Below are positions 22,570-35,844 of a stretch of 64,000 nucleotides of DNA, piece by piece. The DNA is taken from positions 1 to 64,000 of the forward strand of contig OZ025804.1 in NCBI GenBank assembly GCA_964019425.1. The letters run 5' to 3'. Position numbers and translations under genes: made by a program. Numbering within the stretch: the first letter of the stretch is position 1; each line of letters opens with the position of its first letter. The stretch is from Flectonema sp. DT1601. Taxonomy: Eukaryota. A model generated the notes under the pieces. That model ran no database searches. It was not told the DNA's origin and saw only the letters and a list, made by a program, of their open reading frames with translations.

Positions 22570-23968
22570 AGACTTTGACAATGTAAAAACAGTGACAACT
22601 TTAGGAAAAAGAGAAAACTATATTTTTTGTATGTAAGTATGACCAGAAGACGTTGTCAAATCTGGTAATTCGGGACCACGTACTAACAGGTTGAGTGTCC
22701 TATGCCCTGTGGTCCGTAGACGTTTCGATTCACTTCTTGTTGAAGCTGGAGCTGGGCCTTGGCATACCACATCTGAGGTTGCTTCATTTTCATCCACCTT
22801 CGGAATAGTTCTCCTTAGTCTTCGTTGTTAAGGCTTATGGAGTTTTGGTGGTGGAAGTGTAGTTGAATTGCCTCTAGTTGTGCTCTGACTATCTCTGAGT
22901 GATTTCATAATCTCATCAGTTTGTCGTATATTCCAACCTTTGATTGCAGTTGGTGGTGGCAGTACAGGTTCCGGAGTAGGAGTCGGAATCCTGTAATCTG
23001 TATTCATGGTGTTGATGGCAACTGACTTGGCTCTGGAGGGTGCACCTTGAGTTTTAAGAATAGTCTTCGGATTTTTAACTGTTTTCGTCACCTGTTTTTC
23101 TGGTGTACGAGGCGTTAGGTGTTTTGATCCTCGGTGACTGTTAGGGTCTCATCATTGGACATGTACTGATTCAGGATAGTACTAATTTCCTCAAGTATTT
23201 CCTTGTGCGGTAAATTAGTGTACATGTCACTAAAGTCAAAGGACTTAACATTTCTATAGCTGAGACAAGTGTCGTTAGCTTTAATATATTTAGCTACCTC
23301 ATCAACATTGTCAACTATGAAATATTTCTGTATTCCGGTTTTCCTTTCTTCCTCTTTTTCTATCGTTTTAATTCTAAACAATAGCGTTTTTAAGATGCCT
23401 GACAGTTCTTTTGACATCTCTGTGGTTGCAGTGAGAGGTTTGCCTGTAAACAAACAGTTGTCACCTTCCTTTTGAATATCGAAGTTTGTTTTTGAGGAAG
23501 AACCAGCTATGAAACGAAACTTCATCGGTTTCTTGTGAAACTTCGGACTACCATAAAGATATGGTAAGTTGTTTGTGTGTCTGAAGCCGTGTTTTTCTCT
23601 TAGGTTTAGCCACATGATTCTTTTTCAAGTTGACTTTATCTTCGTTGGGTTCATTGGTGACATTCTTTAAAGAAATATTCGAATTATCCATCGTAACCTT
23701 TTTATTCCCATTTAAAAATTTATCCTTCCATGAAATACTCGGGTTAACTTGAGCTTTCTTAAAGGGGTCCTTGTTCTTTTGTGGATCAATCTGATAATGT
23801 TTGATCTTTTGAGAGGCGTTAAAGCATGCCTTGCTTCCATTGGTCTTGTGCTCAAAGTCTATGGTTTTTTCCATGATTTTGGAGCCATCTTTAATGAAAT
23901 GCCTTTTCGGTATCTTATTAATGTTGTTAGAGTCATACACCTGACATATAAAACCTAACTCGGATAGA
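22570..23968 (-). mobile_element. Penelope-like element (PLE) deletion derivative A
   Basis: LPYLYGSPKFHKKPMKFRFIAG and SFDFSDMYTNLPH RT motifs, joined directly to the C-terminal tail with motifs B/C missing. Near-identical to 24550-25730. Confidence 0.8.
22650..22723 (-). ncRNA. Putative structured RNA motif, copy 3 (3' region of PLE A)
   Basis: GGAC/GUCC pseudoknot pairing and CGAAU/AUUUG hairpin. Confidence 0.6.
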
Positions 23969-24500
23969 TCAAAGGACCAGGGAGATTTTATTGATCCAGT
24001 CTTCAATATCTTGGATTTTCTGTGTATTTGGGATATCAAGCGACCGTAAGCGGCGGCATCGTGCCAGGTGAGAGTGTAAAGCACATCTGTGAGGACGTGA
24101 CGTAAGTTCAACAAGATTTCCATGACGGGTGGGTCCACCGCCAATTACTTTCCATTCAGCATCTCTACAATGCAAAAAGCCCATCTCCTTTCGATCAAAT
24201 CGTTTATGACAAGTGTCTTCAGCTGAGTCACGTGTCCCACACAGTATCAGAAAGTTGGAAAAGGTGTCATCAACCCACCGCACATTAGCTTCGTCACAAA
24301 AGTCTGGATTTCTGAAGATATGTGCAACTGTACCGCCATTTCTGCCACACACCATACATTTTTTACCAAGGGTTAAACTCACAGCTAACTTCAGGTCTGA
24401 TGGCTTTCCCCCTGATGAACTAAGCTTTTTTGTTGATCCGTATTGTGTAAACTCTGGATCGAAGAAGTTCTCAAATGGTGCGGCTGCCGCCTGTTAGTGT
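23969..24500 (-). pseudogene. Crinkler-type HNH nuclease domain fragment
   Basis: CMVCG...VAHIF...NFLILCGT.....TCHKRFD. Confidence 0.7.
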
Positions 24501-24549
24501 TTAAATGAGTTGCTTTTCAGGTTGTTGTGGGTTACAGGGCCCCCCGTGA

Positions 24550-26005
24550 AACTTTGACAATGTAAAAACAGTAACAACTTTAGGGTATTAAAAACATAAT
24601 TAATATCAAGTACTTGACTGGTAAATATTTGTAGTTGTTAATCAAAGAAAATTACGTTTAGAAAAAAGAAAACATAAAAAGAGAAAACTATATTTTATGT
24701 CTTACTGACCAGAAGACGTTGTCGAATCTGGTAATTCGGGGGACACGTTCTAACAGGTTGAGCGTCCTATGCCCTGTAGTCCGTAGACGTTTCGATTCAC
24801 TTCTTGTTGAAGCTGGAGCTGGGCCACATCTGAGGTTGCTTCATTTTCATCCACCTTAGGAATAGTTCTCCTTAGTCTTCGTTGTTAAGGCTTATGGAGT
24901 TTTGGTGGTGGAAGTGTAGTTGAATTGCCTCTAGTTGTGCTCTGACTATCTCTGAGTGATTTCATAATCTCATCAGTTTGTCGTATATTCCAACCTTTGA
25001 TTGCAGTTGGTGGCAGTACAGGTGGCAGTACAGGTGGCAGTACAGGTTCCGGAGTAGGAGTCGGAAACCTGTAATCTGTATTCATGGTGTTGATGGCAAC
25101 TGACTTAGCTCTGGCGGGTGCACCTTGAGTTTTAAGAATACTCTTCGGATTTTCAAATGTTTTCGTCACCTATTTTTCTGGTGTACGAGGCGTTAGGTGT
25201 TTGATCCTCGGTGACTCCATGGGTTGCGGTTCATCTGTCTTTTGCATCTTCGTTATTTGAAAATGCGAAACCATTCCCTGGCATCATTGGACATGTACTG
25301 ATTCAGGATAGTACTAATTTCCTCAAGTACTTCCTTGTGCGGTAAATTAGTGTACATGTCACTAAAGTCAAAGGACTTAACATTTCTATAGCTGAGACAA
25401 GTGTCGTTAGCTTTAATATATTTAGCTACCTCATCAACATTGTCAACTATGAAATATTTCTGTATTCCGGTTTTCCTTTCTTCTTCTTTTTCTATCGTTT
25501 TAATTCTAAACAATAGCGTTTTTAAGATGCCTGACAGTTCTTTTGACATCTTGGCGGTTGTAGTGAGAGGTTTGCCTCTAAACAAACAGTTGTCACCTTC
25601 CTTTTGAATATCGAAGTTTGTTTTTGAGGAAGAACCAGCTATGAAACGAAACTTCATCGGTTTCTTGTGAAACTTCGGACTACCATAAAGATATGGTAAG
25701 TTGTTTGTGTGTCTGAAGCCGTGTTTTTTGTTAAGTTTTTCTAACCTAATCATTTCCTCCTTGGTCTCTTCAATGTTGTATTCTTTGTAGACATTACAAC
25801 CGTTGATTTGGTTGTTGAGGGTTTGTTGGTACAAATGTCTACAACACAGAGCTAGGTCGTGTGTTGTCTTGTCAATCTGGAGAAAATCCATGTGTTCTTT
25901 GATTTTAGTAATCTCTTTTTGTACCGTTTGTAGTTCATTATTGTTTTGTAATGGTGGCATATTACTGATGTAACCTCTCAGGTAGTTTTTAGAAAAATCG
26001 CAAGA
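24550..26005 (-). mobile_element. Penelope-like element deletion derivative B
   Basis: IDKT..DLALCC, LYGSPKFHK, FDFSDMYTNLPH. The catalytic DD motif is absent. Confidence 0.8.
24716..24790 (-). ncRNA. Putative structured RNA motif, copy 4 (3' region of PLE B)
   Basis: GGAC/GUCC pairing and perfect CGAAU/AUUCG hairpin. Confidence 0.6.
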
Positions 26006-27620
26006 TTAGTAAACTTGATGTGGTGTGGCACTGTTGAGCGGCTTTGTGAGAACTGCAGCGAGGTGGTCCTCAACAAATGAAATGTGAAGCGTTTGAAACA
26101 TGCATGCTCTATAAAGTCCACTAGCTATGCGTGAAGCAAGACCAGCTGTACCAAAACACTTTCCGTCATTAATCACTCCGGGGAGACTCACAATCGCACG
26201 GGGATTACCAGCACACATATTCAATGACCACTCAGTTACCAGATCCCCTGCCCCTTTAAGCCCGTCACTTAATAGATTCAGGGCATTTTCATGAGTTAGG
26301 TTTGTTAATACGATTTTACGACAACTACCTACAGACTCGGTCACTTCGTTATCAAACAACTCGGTGAGTGACGTCCAGACAAATCGTATCTCGGGTAACT
26401 TGTTATTGGTGCATCTGTCCTGATAGGCCATCAGGGCAGTTCTCAGCGCTTTGCATCGATCTGTTGCACGACTCTTGAGATTTGATTCATCCACACTTTG
26501 TTTCCGAAGCACCATAATGTGATGTTCACGCAATTTAATAAGTTCATCAACACAGACAATCAAAGGGATCTCATCAGATAGCTCAAGCTTCTGTCGAAAG
26601 GCTGTGATCACCCCATGTAAGTCTACAATACAATGCGGTTTAAATCCACATCTCGTCTGGTGTTTGACAGGACAAGCTGACGAGCTAAGGCAACAAGCCG
26701 ACCCATCTTCCCATCATCGATAATCTGTGTATCTTCATAAAAGGTCATCATAATAGCTCGCTCGGGATACCATTCATGCATGATCCCTTTACGCAACAAA
26801 AAGGTCTTTCCTGAACCTGGGATTCCTACAGTTGTTATGACACTCCACCTTTCATTTTCACGTTCTGAATCCAATGCCTTGCAAAGTGCTGTGTGTGCAT
26901 CGTCCCTTTCAAGGAGCGGCTTATCCGCATAATCCTTTCTCATTTTTGAAAGGTCAAAAATCCTCACTAAATCATCTGCTGTGTAAGGAACAACAAGCAT
27001 CTTCTGCGTGGGTGATAGGTTTTTTAGTGAACAAGTATAGCAGCAACAATCAATCCTAGGGCTGTAATGTGACCAAAAATACAGGGAAAAGGGGTAGGGA
27101 TACCTTAGGTGCCTTTGCACCTAAGGTATCCCTACCCCTTTTCCCCGTTTACTCTTTTTTCAAAAGAAGTCAAAAAACCGGTTTTTACCCCCGCCCGTAA
27201 TGGGTTAAAGAAAATGTAAAAAAATATACCTCAGCTCCATTGAAAACAATCAGCCCGAAGGGCTGTACTGTGACCAATACAAAAAAAGGTTGGACCTGTT
27301 CAGACAGGTTTCCCCCGAAATGCGTTACAAAGAAAAAGTAAAAGGTATACCTCAGAAGACTTCTCCAACAACCCGATGTATCTAATCTTCTCTGCCTCCA
27401 GTTTCTGTAACCGAGCGAACTTCTTCTTCGCAAGCTCTTGTCTTTTTGTTAAAGAGGTTGCTGTTTCCAATAGTTGTTCGAATTCGTCAACATCGGGTAC
27501 TTCTTCTTCTTCAGCAATCTTCTTTATTTCACTCTTTTTTACATCAATCTCCGCTACGGTCGCCTTCCATTGTTTTCTATAATCCTGGTCACCCTGCAGG
27601 TCACTTGGTGGAGATGTCAT
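26006..27620 (-). pseudogene. Crinkler/RHS-type coiled-coil + P-loop NTPase gene; probably two introns, frameshifted near 26620 and truncated by PLE B
   Basis: GIPGSGKT, LIVCVDEL, AGNPRAI motifs. GAG|GTAT donors near 27349 and 27229. Confidence 0.65.
27084..27145. repeat. Perfect inverted repeat, 29-bp arms with 4-nt loop
   Basis: gggaaaaggggtagggataccttaggtgc-cttt-gcacctaaggtatccctaccccttttccc. Confidence 0.95.
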
Positions 27621-28839
27621 GGTTTTTGTTTTGCTTTTGGGTGTTGTTGTTGTTTTTTGAGGAGGGTATCCTGTGGGAAATAGATCGTTAAACCTGGGTT
27701 ACCTGTATTAAATCTCCTGCATGAGACTGCTTCCTTGCATCAGCATAATTAACTGATTTCTTTTTCGAGCTTTGCCAACAATCTCTTTGTCCTCTCCATG
27801 TTTCCCTCTGACCAGTCTAAATGTATGTAGATCTAAAGGTGAAACTGTGGATGAAATGATTTTCTATCTGTTCAGCACTACCCAAAAGTATAGAAGGAGA
27901 TGTGCCTGTCACAGCACTACTCAAAGTAGAAATAATCGCAATGCCTGTCATAGCACTATTCGAAGTAGAAAGAGATATATGCCTGTTACAGCACTGCTCT
28001 GTTGTTAGATACTAAAGAAAAAAAACAGAACGAGTATCCAAGCCTTGGACGAAGTACACACCTACCACCCAAGAAGCCGATCGCAGACCTTCTTTAGGGG
28101 TAGGGCATACCAATAAGTCCAACAGAATGGCCACAAAAGGAAGTCGAGAAAAACGGAATTGGTTTCTTTTTTGTTTTGCATCCGCTTTTTTCTTGTTTGG
28201 AATGTTAATCTTTTTTCGACTTGTAAAAATATGGGAGGTAATAAATAATTAGCGGATCGATATTGGTATTGGTAAAATGGATGAATCATAACTACTAGTC
28301 AGATTCTTCGGATTCCTCGAATTCTTCTGAGTAGCTGTCGTCTTCAGTAGGGACTGATCTAGTAGAGTCCTGACTGTCCAGACTACAATCCGAATCATCG
28401 TCACTCTCGGATTCGAGCAAGTCCTTACTCTTCGCACCTTTTTGTTTTTAGTTGCGATATGTTGCGATATCAGATAGCATCTCCTGTTTTCGAAATGAAT
28501 GAATAAATACAGCACAACTTGGTTTGTGAATCCTGTTAAAGAGTTAAAAATGCTAACTCGAATTTTACAAGTTTAGGAACCTATCACTCAACCCAAAATA
28601 CAGGGAATCATCGGTGTACCATAGTTTGTGTGTATGCACTGCTGGATCAAATGTGTAACCGCTTCCCACATGCGATAAACCTGTTAATGTACCACGAAAG
28701 TCATCTTTCTCAACTGGAATACCCACGACATCACCTGAAACAAAGAAACGTAGATCGGACGAATATGTGTGTGTGATTGAAGTAATCCAACCTACTTTGC
28801 CTGTACTGTAAATGTATGTGATCTCAATTGATTCGCCCT

Positions 28840-29166
28840 TGATACCAAGAGGCATTACCACCCATGATCCCTTTTGTTTGACGGTAGCATTGATGACTAC
28901 CAATCGGTTGGATTAAAGAATAGTCGATACACATGTCAATTAGTTTACCAATCATTTCAGAAGCGTATTCCTTTGTGTTTGCATCAACTCCGTCTGTGAA
29001 AAAGAAAGTCTTGGACTCTCCACGCGCTCTGCTATTTCGTGCAATATGTTTCTTAACGGAAAATCTAAAAGCTTCATCTACTGTTTCTTTGCAATTTCGT
29101 TTAAGTACCTCATGCTTCAGGTTGCTGTACATGGTGGTGAAGTCATAAGTTTTGGGTTCGGCGTAG
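28840..29166 (-). mobile_element. Penelope-like RT fragment (motifs A-B), diverged from derivatives A and B
   Basis: KTYDFTTMYSNLKH and YRQTKGIMGGNAS. Confidence 0.75.
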
Positions 29167-29683
29167 CTCTCCACCACATCACTTGTGACATGTCCTTCCT
29201 GATAACAAAAAGAAGAAAGAATGATTGCAAACAAACTAACAGAACAAACAACAAATTAATAACCTAAAGTCAGCGGCAAAACCTTTCCCCCCCGACCCCG
29301 ACACGCAAGGCGTATTTGTTTGTGCGTTCAGGGGAATCACCACACGGAAGGAATGCCATTCGCTAGACTTTAAAAGAAAGGTACGAAATCAACGAAAAGA
29401 AAGTGTTTATAAAAATTATTTAAAAAAAAGAAAATAAAGAAATGTTGCGCCGGGAAGGTCATTTGGGGAATTGAAATGTGAAAGTGAACTGATTACATTG
29501 CAAAACAATCGCGTTATTACAATACAGTACCTATACAAAAGTACAATATTATCATTATCATTGTTAGTTTTATAATTATTATTTCTCACCAGGGGGGCGT
29601 GACTCCTGCGTGAAGAAGGAATCACACAACCCCCCACTCCTGAAGACTTGTAACTGCCGTGAGGCCGTCATCACAACGACAAC
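29167..29683. repeat. ~517-bp direct repeat, copy 1
   Basis: Near-identical to 35328-35844. Confidence 0.95.
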
Positions 29684-30582
29684 GACAACGACAACGACGG
29701 CAGGCACGAAAAAAAAGAAGAAAAAAGACAAGACAACAACAACCCACATGGGTGACGAATGAAAGCAGTACTGATCACAGGATTTTACTTTTTCTAAATC
29801 GAAAATGTCACAGAGAGAGAGACGATAAGTATATTGCTGCAAAAGATTGAATTTCATTTACCAAAATTAGAGATTTAACCGCACACCACCACCACCCCCA
29901 CCATCATCATCATCATCATCATGATCATGATCATGATCTCAGATGGTGGCTCCTTCCTCAGTAATATGAACACGTCCTGAACATCAAAAACAGTTCACAG
30001 AGCAAGAAAACACTGCTTAGCAAAAATACCAATCAAATCACAGCAGCAGCAGCTGGCTCACTCGCATACATATTGCCATTCTCTCTCGTGCGTCTCCTCC
30101 TCTCTTCATTCACTTCCCCCATTTACCTGCCAACCTCCAATCCCGAGTAGCCTCCCACGACAAGTTTTGCCACAAGCGTTGCTATGTTGGGAAACCTAGC
30201 TCTCTGTGCGAGAAACCAGGAAATCCGCTGATAACTACACTCCGATGACCAACTGAGTGGGCGCTCAACTCGGATCATTGAGGCTGGTTCCGTCTCGGCG
30301 AGGAACTGCAGCTGCTGCGTGAGTCGAGTTGGTCAGCTTTTGCTAAAACTCACCAAGGAACAGGAAGTGAGAATCGAGTTGGTAAATGTTGTTGCTGTTG
30401 TTGTTGTTGTTGTTGTTTTTGTTGTGGCAGTTTTTACGGGATACTCGGCAACTGCCGCAAGAGTATCCCTATGATCGAGGAGCAGCACAAACAAAATCAG
30501 GGTGAAATTGTTTTTTTTTTTTTTTTTTTTTTTTTCCTCTCTCTCTCTCTCAATACGTAAAAGGTCAGTTTTGTTTTCTTTG

Positions 30583-30872
<290 letters not shown>

Positions 30873-31533
30873 CCGTCTCTCTCGCAGTAAAAACAAAAAA
30901 AAGGGGGAAAATCAGCAAAACTGGTTTTCCTTTTTCCCAGCCTCTCAAAAGACCAGAGCAGTGAGAGAAAAGAGAAGGGGGCAAAAAAACTAAAAGGAAG
31001 ACAGCAGACTGGACCATCACATCCACAACATCAACGAGAACAACATTGGAGCGGGGGGATCGGCAGCGTGTGCCTTCCCTCCCGCGGAAACAAATAAAGA
31101 AAGGTATACAAAAAAAAAGTAAAGAAAGGTATACAAAACAAAGTTAAGAAAGGTTTACAAAACAAAATTAAGAAAGGTATACAATCTCCTCATGGGTGAA
31201 TGCCAGAGAGAGAGCCTTTGCAGGTCGTCTCTCCAGACGTGCACTGCCAAGAGAAAATAAACGTTTTTTCCGCGACTGGTACCGAGGGATGGGATCTTTT
31301 TTTGTTTTTTAAATTTTTTAAGGTTTTTTTATTTTAATTTTTTGTTAAATTGAAAAGAAGAAATGAAAAATTGGACACAAAAACTCCACAATCTCAAAGC
31401 AAATCAAGAAAATAATAATATTCTCTCTTTTCAGCCTTTTGTTGTTCGTCGAAGTGAAGAGCCAGAGCATCGGAGTTGCAACTTCCGGGTTCCGGTTTTC
31501 CTTCTTTCAGTGCGTTTATTAGTTTTCGTGTGC

Positions 31534-31568
<35 letters not shown>

Positions 31569-33470
31569 GACACAATTCTCCAAAAGACCATTCACATCTC
31601 GTCCCGTGTTGTTAAAGAAAATTTCTTGTTGTTGGTTATGATAAAAATGAAAATGAAACGAATGTTTTTTATGTTTTTTATTATTATTTTATTTTTAGTT
31701 TCAGAAGTCCAATACAACTGAATACTTCTCAAAAATGATTAGTATCCGATTCTTACTTCCTATTTATATATTTATTCATTTATTTAATCTCATCTATCGG
31801 CCGAGAGAGTAGTTGTACTCTCTCGCTCGACGACAAGACAACAACAACAACAACAACAACAACGACAACAACTTAATAACCCAAATGTGAATGGCCCGTA
31901 CTTTCTACTACTTGTCGGGGGAGAAAAAAAGAAAAGAAGTTCGTGTAAAGGAAATCCATCTCACCTACCTTAATTCACAAAAGCAACAATGAAATTGCAG
32001 CTGTCAGAAATGAAGAAGCGGAATCTAAAAACTAGAAAACAACTTTTAAAAAAAAGACAGAACCATTTTTCTTTGAACTTCAAACGAAAAAAAAACATGG
32101 TTCTCTCTCTCTCACGGCAGAGCTAGTTAATTTTCTTCAAAGTTTTATACGGTATTTCTTCACAACAGGAAGGAAAACAGGTAGGATGAATGAAAAAAAA
32201 GAAAAGTGTGCGGTAAATTTTGATATTTCTTTTTTTTTTTTTTTTTTTTTTTTTTGTTGGTGTCGATCGTTTTGTTTCTTTTTTTTTTTTGAATAAAAAT
32301 ACGCACATATTAATTGGGTTAAAGGGAAGTTGGTACAAAGGTCGCTTATTTTTTGTTTTTTTGTTTTTTTGTTTTTTTCCAGCACAAACACAACAATACA
32401 AGTCCGCAAACTCGTATTTAAAGAAAGTGATCTATGTGGGGTCAATGGGGTACAGGGGAAACAACAAGGATAAACATGAATTGGAATAAAGGGGACAAAT
32501 GAAGAAACCGTCTTCAGGCCAGCATGACAAGGACTTGGACTGCGTGGAGCTCACCACTAACTACCAAAGTCCAAACAGCAGTAATACGGTACATTTACTT
32601 TCTTACTACCGGGCACACAGCACACACACAACACTCTCCGTTCTTCACAGAAAAGTGATCCCCAACACAACACAACGCGAAAGTGGTGAAGGACCGCACG
32701 AAGAACCGAAGACACGACGACGGCAACACGACACGAAAGGAAAACAAAAAAAGAAAAAGAGACTTCAGATTATCAGCCACATGCTGCTGCTACTACTGCC
32801 ATTCTGTTAGGACATGAAACAGAAGGCATTCACAACGCATCACACCGAAAAACAAAAGAATGAGAGAAGAGACATAACACTCGATGATTCCGTCACATGC
32901 CGCTGCGGATGCTTCAAATCTGCTCGCACATGAAACAGAGAAGGGAAGCACAGACGACATCACACTGAAATAAATGAATGAATGAAAAGAAGGAAGGAAG
33001 GAATAAGACGTAACTCTTTTCTTCAAGTCACATGCTGCTGAAACTACCATGTGTTCCGGACATGAGAAACAACAGGACTCGCACAGCGCATCACACCAAA
33101 AGAAAGAAACCAGGCAGTTAATTCTTAAAAAAAAAAAGGGGAGGGATGAAATATCTACGGCGTGCTGTGAAAAGTGAAGTGACACACAACACGGGAATAT
33201 GGGAAGGGACGTGAAAGGGAAGAGAAGACATAATAATACAAGCCTACAAAGAAACTCGTATTTAAAGAAAGTTTTTAGTTGTGTTTGTGAAAAGTTTTTT
33301 TTTATAATTTTTTTTTTTTTTTAATTCCTTTTTATTGATAAATTGAAACGAAGAGAACCAAAACAAAAGAGTGTAAAAAAAAAAGAACGGCGCAACATAA
33401 AAGAAAAGCAGTGGAAAAAAAAATAGCAACAGAACAACAAACGTGGGGGATACAGGAAGACGAGGGAGGG

Positions 33471-33506
<36 letters not shown>

Positions 33507-33534
33507 TTTAGTTTTTTTTTGCTCGAAGACGTCT

Positions 33535-34389
33535 CTACAACAGCAGTCTTCCACGGAACCTTCTGCAGAAAACTGCAGCCAGCCAGCAGATCAAATTGAA
33601 GATCTGGCACAAGGACTGGCGAACGGTTCTTGCAAACAACAGAACGAAGCTCGTTGCTCGGAACCTGTTGTTGCCACCGTGACCCGGAACTCGGGCGACC
33701 TGCTTCTCCCAGAACCACATGAAAGCGGTTGAAAAGAGAACGTAGCCGCAGAAAATGTTCGTCAGGCGCGGGGCGCAGCCATGGATCTGAGTGAAAAAGA
33801 TCCACACCAAGTCACTACCGTACAGAACCGCGAAGTAAAGGGCAGACAATAACCAATTTTTGAACTTTTCTGCAACAATAGAGAGGTTGTCGTAGCAGTC
33901 GACATAGATGCTTTCGGCGTGGCAGTAGTAATCATCAACCGCACAGGTGCAGGTGTAGTCTCCCCTCGAATTCCCTGCAGTGTCTGCGTCAACACACAGC
34001 TGGCTGGGGTTGCAGGGGTCGAAGCTGCACTCGTCGACGGTGGTGAACGACAGGGCGAAGGAATAGAGCTGCTGTATTCCTTCAACCGAGCTGCCGTGAA
34101 CGAGCTTCCCGAATTCGATAATTGAATTTTTGACGACACAGTCGTATGAATGTAATTCACAACGACATATGACGTCACCGAGGGAAGTTGGGCTCGTATT
34201 CGGGTCGCGGCAGGTTTGCCCAGGTCCGCAAGGATCCTCCAGGCATTCGTCACGCACAACTTCATCAACCGACACGAAAACCGAAACAGAGCGGCGCACC
34301 CCATCTTCTACATCGAAGGCTGTGAAGCACGCAACAGCAAAAAACACGGAAAACAAGGAGATGATCCACATGTTCATGTTCATGTTCAT
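33535..34389 (-). CDS. Putative secreted/membrane protein with two EGF-like repeats (possibly a fragment)
   Basis: Hydrophobic N-terminus; DECLEDPCGPGQTC..GDVICRC and DECSFDPCNPSQLC..GDYTCTC. Confidence 0.5.
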   Translation of the reverse strand: MNMNMNMWIISLFSVFFAVACFTAFDVEDGVRRSVSVFVSVDEVVRDECLEDPCGPGQTCRDPNTSPTSLGDVICRCELHSYDCVVKNSIIEFGKLVHGSSVEGIQQLYSFALSFTTVDECSFDPCNPSQLCVDADTAGNSRGDYTCTCAVDDYYCHAESIYVDCYDNLSIVAEKFKNWLLSALYFAVLYGSDLVWIFFTQIHGCAPRLTNIFCGYVLFSTAFMWFWEKQVARVPGHGGNNRFRATSFVLLFARTVRQSLCQIFNLICWLAAVFCRRFRGRLLL

Positions 34390-35327
34390 TTTATTTTATT
34401 TTTTTTTGAATACGTTTATGAAGTATTTCTGAGGGAAACATTGCGATAATCAATTAATATACTCCTCCCTTTTCCTACTCCCACAGAATAAGACAAATCG
34501 ATTACAACGCACCAATGAAGTCAAGTAAAGTGAAGACAGACGCAACATTCTAAAATGAGAATTGACCAAACAAGTGACGGCAAATAAATCAAAACAATTC
34601 AATAAATTATTTTCCTCTTCTTAAACATTCCCACCAAACAACACAACACAACTTCCCCGCAAATCACAACACGAAGCAAGTTCAGTTCAATCAAGGAAAG
34701 GTGTAAAATCTTAAAAAGCAGATTTATGGTTAACAATCAATAAGAAATAGTTCCACACACACATCAAACATCCCCACCCCCCGGGACACGCGACACACAC
34801 AAACACAAACCAATGGGCACTCAAAAACGAAACACGTGCAAAAATCACGAGCACTCAAACCACAATAAGAACTCATCAGAGTTAAACAACACGACACTTA
34901 ATTCCAACACAAACACAACACAACTTCACCACAAATCACAACACGAAGAACAAGTTCAGTAAAAGCAAAAGAAATAGTTTCACAGAAACATCTGACACAG
35001 ACGCACGAGCACTCAAACTACAAATATGAACACACAACACACACACAAAGGGTAATGAGAACTCGTCAGAGTTTCAACAAACAATACACAACACACAACA
35101 CATACATGCATACACACACACCGAGAGGAGGTTTAGTGAAGCTTCTGCTCACCTCATCATAAGTTCAGCTCCTGTTAAAAAAAATTGAAAAATATACAAA
35201 AGTTACAAAAGCAAACACCCTCTCATGTCACCATCACCGCAAAGCCCTCTCAACGATCCCTCCTTCCATCACACGGCAAGTGGTACCATTTTCCACTTAA
35301 CTTACTCTCCCCCCCCCCCCCCACTTC

Positions 35328-35844
35328 CTCTCCACCACATCATTTGTGACATGTCCTTCCTGATAACAAAAAGAAGAAAGAATGATTGCAAACAAACTAA
35401 CAGAACAAACAACAAATTAATAACCTAAAGTCAGCGGCAAAACCTTTCCCCCCCGATCCCGACACGCAAGGCGTATTTGTTTGTGCGTTCAGGGGAATCA
35501 CCACACGGAAGGAATGCCATTCGCTAGACTTTAAAAGAAAGGTACGAAATCAACGAAAAGAAAGTGTTTATAAAAATTATTTAAAAAAAAGAAAATAAAG
35601 AAATGTTGCGTCGGGAAGGTCATTTGGGGAATTGAAATGTGAAAGTGAACTGATTACATTGCAAAACAATCGCGTTATTACAATACAGTACCTATACAAA
35701 AGTACAATATTATCATTATCATTGTTAGTTTTATAATTATTATTTCTCACCAGGGGGGCGTGACTCCTGCGTGAAGAAGGAATCACACAACCCCCCACTC
35801 CTGAAGACTTGTAACTGCCGTGAGGCCGTCATCACAACGACAAC
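35328..35844. repeat. ~517-bp direct repeat, copy 2
   Basis: Near-identical to 29167-29683. Confidence 0.95.

Noticed and set aside
34860..35080. CTGATGA/CTGACGA on the minus strand as possible hammerhead cores
   Set aside because: No correctly placed stem II + GAAA or flanking stems were found by eye.
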